Of a DNA stretch of 64,000 nt, positions 55,501 through 61,500 are shown one piece after another. Position numbers and translations under genes: made by a program. This DNA is from Ignavibacteriales bacterium (lineage in GTDB: Bacteria > Bacteroidota > Ignavibacteria > Ignavibacteriales > DAOSCP01), in contig DAOSCP010000002.1 of the NCBI GenBank assembly GCA_035361425.1, positions 65,410 to 129,409 of the forward strand, in the 5' to 3' direction. Positions within the stretch are counted from its first letter, which is position 1. Each line of letters opens with the position of its first letter. Under the pieces are notes generated by a model. That model saw only the letters and a program-made list of their open reading frames with translations, made no database searches and was not told where the DNA came from.

Positions 55501-58500
55501 TAATGTATTTGCTATTTTTAGGTTTGATATCACAAGTCCAAATGGTGGAGTAAAAATAGCTGCAGGAAAGAAATATAATATAACATGGAATGCTCAAAAT
55601 GTTTCGTTACCAATGCAATTACAATATACTTTTGATGGTAATAATTGGAATAACATAGCTGGTGTAAATTCTACTGATCAATCATATTTATGGGATGTAC
55701 CAGCAGATACATCAACATCCAATTTAAAAATTAGAATAATTGATGAAATGTCATCATTTGGTGATACATCTGATGCAGCAAATTCAATTGCTTATTCAAA
55801 GATACTTAATCCTGTTTTAACTTCAAATTGGCAAACAGGCAAGGCTTATCCAATTAGATTGCAACTTTCACCAAATGTTAATTTTATAAACTTATTATAT
55901 AGAATTGGCAATAATACACCTGTAAGTATTGCTAACAATATTGAAAGAACTAGCGAATATCAATGGTCAGTTCCTTTAACCTTAGTTTCAAACGATATAA
56001 GAATAATAGTACAAGACGCAAATGCAACAACTACTATTGCTGATACATCAAACATTTTCAATACAAGAAGATTGAATTTAACATCATTTACTGGTGGTGA
56101 AAAAGTAATAGCTGGCAAAACTTATAAAATTACCTGGATAGCTCAAAATCTTGGAAATATTAAAATTGAGTTTTCAAAAGATGGTGGATTAAATTGGGCA
56201 ACAGTAACAGGTGGCGGTAATATTAATTCAGCACTTGGTGAATTTGATTGGGTAGTAAATAACGAAGTAGGCTCACAAAATAAAATAAGACTTGTTAGTT
56301 TAGATTATGGAAATGTCCGAGATTCAAGTGCTACAAACTTTACAATTTCAGAACTCAAAATTACTAATCCAACAGCTGCAAGTAATTTTAAGGGTGGTAC
56401 AACACAAACAATAAGTTGGACAAGTAGTATAGATATAAACAAAGTAAATATTTATTACTCAACAAATAATGGAACAAATTGGATTGTAATAAAATCAAAT
56501 CATGATTATGTAGGGACTTCAGCAAATTATAACTGGATAGTTCCAAATGTTACATCTTCGCAATGTAAAGTTAAAATTGAAGATGCTCAAAATCCAGGTA
56601 ATTATGATACAAGTGCTACATTTAGTATCTATACACCAACAATTACTGTTTTAACACCAAATACTAATATTAGATTACTGGCTACTAAAACATATGCAAT
56701 AACATGGTCAAAGCAATATGTCAATAATGTTAAGTTGGAATATTCAACTAATGGTGGTTCAAGCTGGAAATTAATAGCATCACCACTGGCAGGAACATCT
56801 TATAATTGGACAATACCAAATGATACAACAAATAACGCAAAAATAAAAATTACAGATTTAAGCGATACTACAATTTATGATATGAGCGATGTATCGTTTA
56901 CAATTTCATCAATAAACTTTGTAAGTCCATTAGGCGGTGAAATTGTACAAATTAATAAACCATTTAACATTAGATGGAGATCCGCATATATTGATAAAGT
57001 TAGAATAGATTATACATTAGATGGTACTAATTGGATACAAATTATAAACAATTATGATGCAAATGTAGGTAGTTATGCTTGGAATGTAACTAATTACTCC
57101 ACAACACTTAAATTTAGAATTTATGATGCAGTTAATACTAATAACTTTATAGAAAGCAACAGTATAACATCGGCTAATCTTGTAATTACGCAACCTATAG
57201 GTGGGGAAATTTATCAAAGTGGTAATAATATTAAGATTAAATGGACATCACAAAATATCTCAAATGTAAAACTTGAGTATTCATTAGAAAATGGTGCTGA
57301 AGGAACATGGAATACAATAGTTAACAGTGTTTCTGCAGCTGTTGGTACTACAGGTTATGACTGGTTAGTTGATACTTCAATTTCTACAAGAAGATGTTTA
57401 ATAAGAATTTCTGAAGTTGATAATCCAAATGTAAATGCTACTAATAATTCAGTATTTAAAATAGGTAATATTGTTGTTCTTTCTCCTAATGGCAATGAAG
57501 TAAGACAAAACCAACAAGCCGATACAATTAGATGGTATAATAAACCATCAACATCTTCTGTTAAATTGTATTATTCAACTAATAATGGCGGTAACTGGAC
57601 ATTAATTACAACTGTATCTACAAATCCATATGGTGGTAGTTATATCTGGACACCAAATATATCAAATCCAACAACTAATATGCTCATAAAAGTTGAGGAT
57701 GCTGAAGGAGTTATTAAAGATTCATCTAATACTACTTATACAATGGTTAATCTTGTTTTGGTTTCTCCAAATGGTGGTAATTATTGGCAAGCAGGAACAA
57801 TTCAAAAAATCAAATGGAATGCAACTAACTTAGGAAATATAAGCATTAGATATACAACTAATGACGGTGTAAATTGGAATAATGTTGTTTCTAATATTGC
57901 TTCTACACTCGGAGAATATGATTGGGCAATCCCAACTTATATATCATCTAAAGATTGTAGAATTAAATTAATATCTGTTTCTGATTCTAATAGAATTTAT
58001 TCTATTTCTGCTAATAAATTTAAGATTGGCAAAGTTACTTTAACTACATTTACCGGAAATGAAAAAGTAAAAGTTGGAACATCTCATACTATCAGATGGA
58101 CTAGATCATCTAGTATTGATTTTGTAAATCTTTATTACTTCGATGGTTCTAATTGGCAAACTATAGCAACAAATGTTGATGCTTCTCTTAATAAATATGT
58201 ATGGACAATTCCTAATACTCCTACTGTTAATGCAAGAATAAGAATTTCAGATGCAAATTCTAATTTGAATATTAAAGATTCATCAGGAACAACTTTCAGA
58301 ATTAGTAGAATTTATGTATTACAACCAAATGGAAACGAAAATTATAGAGCAGGTTTAGTTTATCCTATAAATTGGAATGTTAGCAGTGATATAACAAACT
58401 TAAAATTAGAATATACTACAGATGATGGTATCAATTGGTATACAATAACAAGTAATACAAATGCTGCTACAGGAACTTATAATTGGAGAGTACCAGATAC

Positions 58501-61500
58501 TGCATCAACAGGGTATAGAATTAGAATAAGTGATGTTACATTTTCATCTGAAATAGCTGATACATCCGATAATATTTTTACAGTTAAAAGATTAAATTTA
58601 ATTACACCAGATGCATCTACCAATTGGTTAGCAAATACAACTCAGCAAATTAAATGGAATACTGTAGGCGTTTCTCAGATTATTTTGCAATATACAACAA
58701 ATAATGGCAGCACATGGAATAATATTACAACAAATCCTATTAGTGCAAGCACAGGACAATATAATTGGCTAACACCAAATATTTCATCAACTAATGTTAA
58801 AGTAAGAATATATGACTATTCTGTGCCAAATATATCAGATACTTCTGCTTCATTTACTATTTATAAACCTGTTATTTCACTCAATTCACCAAATGGTGGT
58901 GAAAGTTGGGCTGTCGGTTCTACTAAAAATATTACCTGGAATTCTGCATATGTAACAAGATTAAAAATTGAATATTCAACAGATGGTGGGCAGAATTACA
59001 TCTTAATAAACGATAATGTTAATCCAACAACAGGTATATTTAATTGGGTTGTACCTAATACGCCTACAAAATTTGCAAAAATTAGATTAACAGATTATAA
59101 TAATTCTGGAGTTATCGATACATCAGATTCATACTTCAGAATTAAAACACTACAATTAGTAAAACCTAACGGCGCTGAGTATTATCAAGTATTACGTACA
59201 AAACCAATTCAATGGAATGCAGGTGGCATAGACAACATTAGAATCGATTATTCAACTAATAATGGAGCTAATTGGTCTAATTTAACAACAATAAATGCTG
59301 AAAGTGGTATTTATAACTGGAATATCACACCAGCTTTTGCTACAACTAATAATTATAAGATAAGAATTACAGATATTGATGATATATCAATTACCGATGA
59401 ATCCGATAATACATTTAGTGTAAGAAACCTTAGATTGCTAAAACCTGTAGGTAACGAAGCTTATATGTATGATAGTTTAGTTAATATACAATGGACTGCT
59501 AGTGTCAATATACAAAATGTAAAATTACAATATAGAATTTCTGATGCTTCAAGTTGGGTAGATATTACGGGAGCATCTGCTAATTTAGGTGTTTATAATT
59601 CATGGAAAGCGCCTTTATCAGCTTCTAATTTCTATAAAGTTAGAATAATTGATTCTGTATCAAATGAAGTTTATGATTCAACTGCAGCATATTTCAAAGT
59701 AGGTAATATAAATATTACAACTAATTTAACTGGCACTTCAATACAAGTTGGGAAAGAATTAACTATAAATTGGACAAACACAAATAACATTAATACAGTT
59801 AAAATTGAGCTTTCAACTAATGGTGGCTCAGGTTGGTCAACATTAACATCGAATTATGTAACAGGTGCAAATGGTGGTTCATATACATTTACAGTACCAA
59901 ATAATGTTACTAATAATGCAATAATCAAAGTAAGTGATCAAAATAATAGTAATATTTATTCTCAAACTGCTTCATTTACAATTAATAATTTAACTATTAC
60001 AAAACCAATAACGCCTGAAAGCTGGAAAGTAGCTTCCACACAACAAATTAAATGGACAAGTTATAACATATCTAATGTAAATATATATATTTCAACAAAC
60101 AATGGAGCAAATTGGTTATTAATTGATAATAATGTAACTTCAAACAATGGAAACAATGTTTATAATTGGGTTGTTGCAAATTATGCTTCAAATCAATGTT
60201 TAATTAAAATCACTGATGCTGTTGATGAAAATATAGCTAGCACTATTTCACCAAATAACTTTAAAATTGGTGATATTTCTGTTACTTCTCCAACAGCTGG
60301 TGCTAAGTGGCAAGCTGGAATAAATAAGCGAATCCAGTGGACTAATACAACAAATATAACAAATGTAAATATTGAGTATTCATTAAATGGAACAACCTGG
60401 TTACCAATTGCAACTAATATCCCTGCAAGTACTGGATATTACGATTGGAAAGTTGTGGATAATCCATCAACTACAGTTCAAATTAGAGTTACAGATGCAC
60501 AGGGCATAAATATTAATTCTGTATCTCCTGTATTTACGATTGTTAAAATTAAAATGGATTATCCAAATGGTAATGAATTTATTGCTGCTAATTCAAATGT
60601 AATTGTTAAATGGCAAAGTAGTAATATAGTTAATGTATCATTAGATTATTCAACTAATGGCGGTTCAAATTGGTATCCATTAGCTTCCAATCAACCTGCT
60701 GGTATGTTACAAGTAAACTGGACAGTACCTAATTTGTTAACAACTGCTAACAATTGCTTAATTAGAATATATGATAGAAGCGATCCTACTATAGTTGATA
60801 CAACCGATAATCCATTTACTATTGTTGTTCCCAAAATTACAGTATTGAAACCTGATAATTCATCTTATTGGCAAGCAGGAAAAATCAAGAAAATACAATG
60901 GACATCTGAATTTATTAACGATGTTAAGATTGAATTTTCTTCAAACGATGGTAATAGTTGGGTAACAGTTATTAGTTCAATTCCAGCTAATACTAATGAA
61001 TACAACTGGATGATACCATCAGTACCGTCTGATAAATACAAAATTAGAATTAGTGATGTTAACAATTCTGCTTTATGGGATACAAGTAGAGTATTTACCG
61101 TTTCATTGTTGAATATAGTTAGCCCAAATGGTGGCGAAAATATTAAAGTTGGAACTGTTTTACCAATAGTGTTTAATGCATATTATACAGGTAATGTTAA
61201 AATTCAATATTCTACTAATAATGGTAATACATGGGCCAATGATGTTGTAAGTACATTAGGTATAACTAATGGTTCTAACACATATAATTGGACAGTTCCT
61301 AATATTCCTTATGATAATATTAAATTAAGGATATATGCTATTTCCGATACATCAATTAATGATTATACTGATGGTTCATTTAGAGTAGCAAATATTCAAG
61401 TTGTAGTACCAAATGATTCAGTAATCTGGCAAGCTGGTACAATAAAAACTTTACAATGGATAAAATCTAGCAATATTGGAAATGTCAATATTGATTATTC

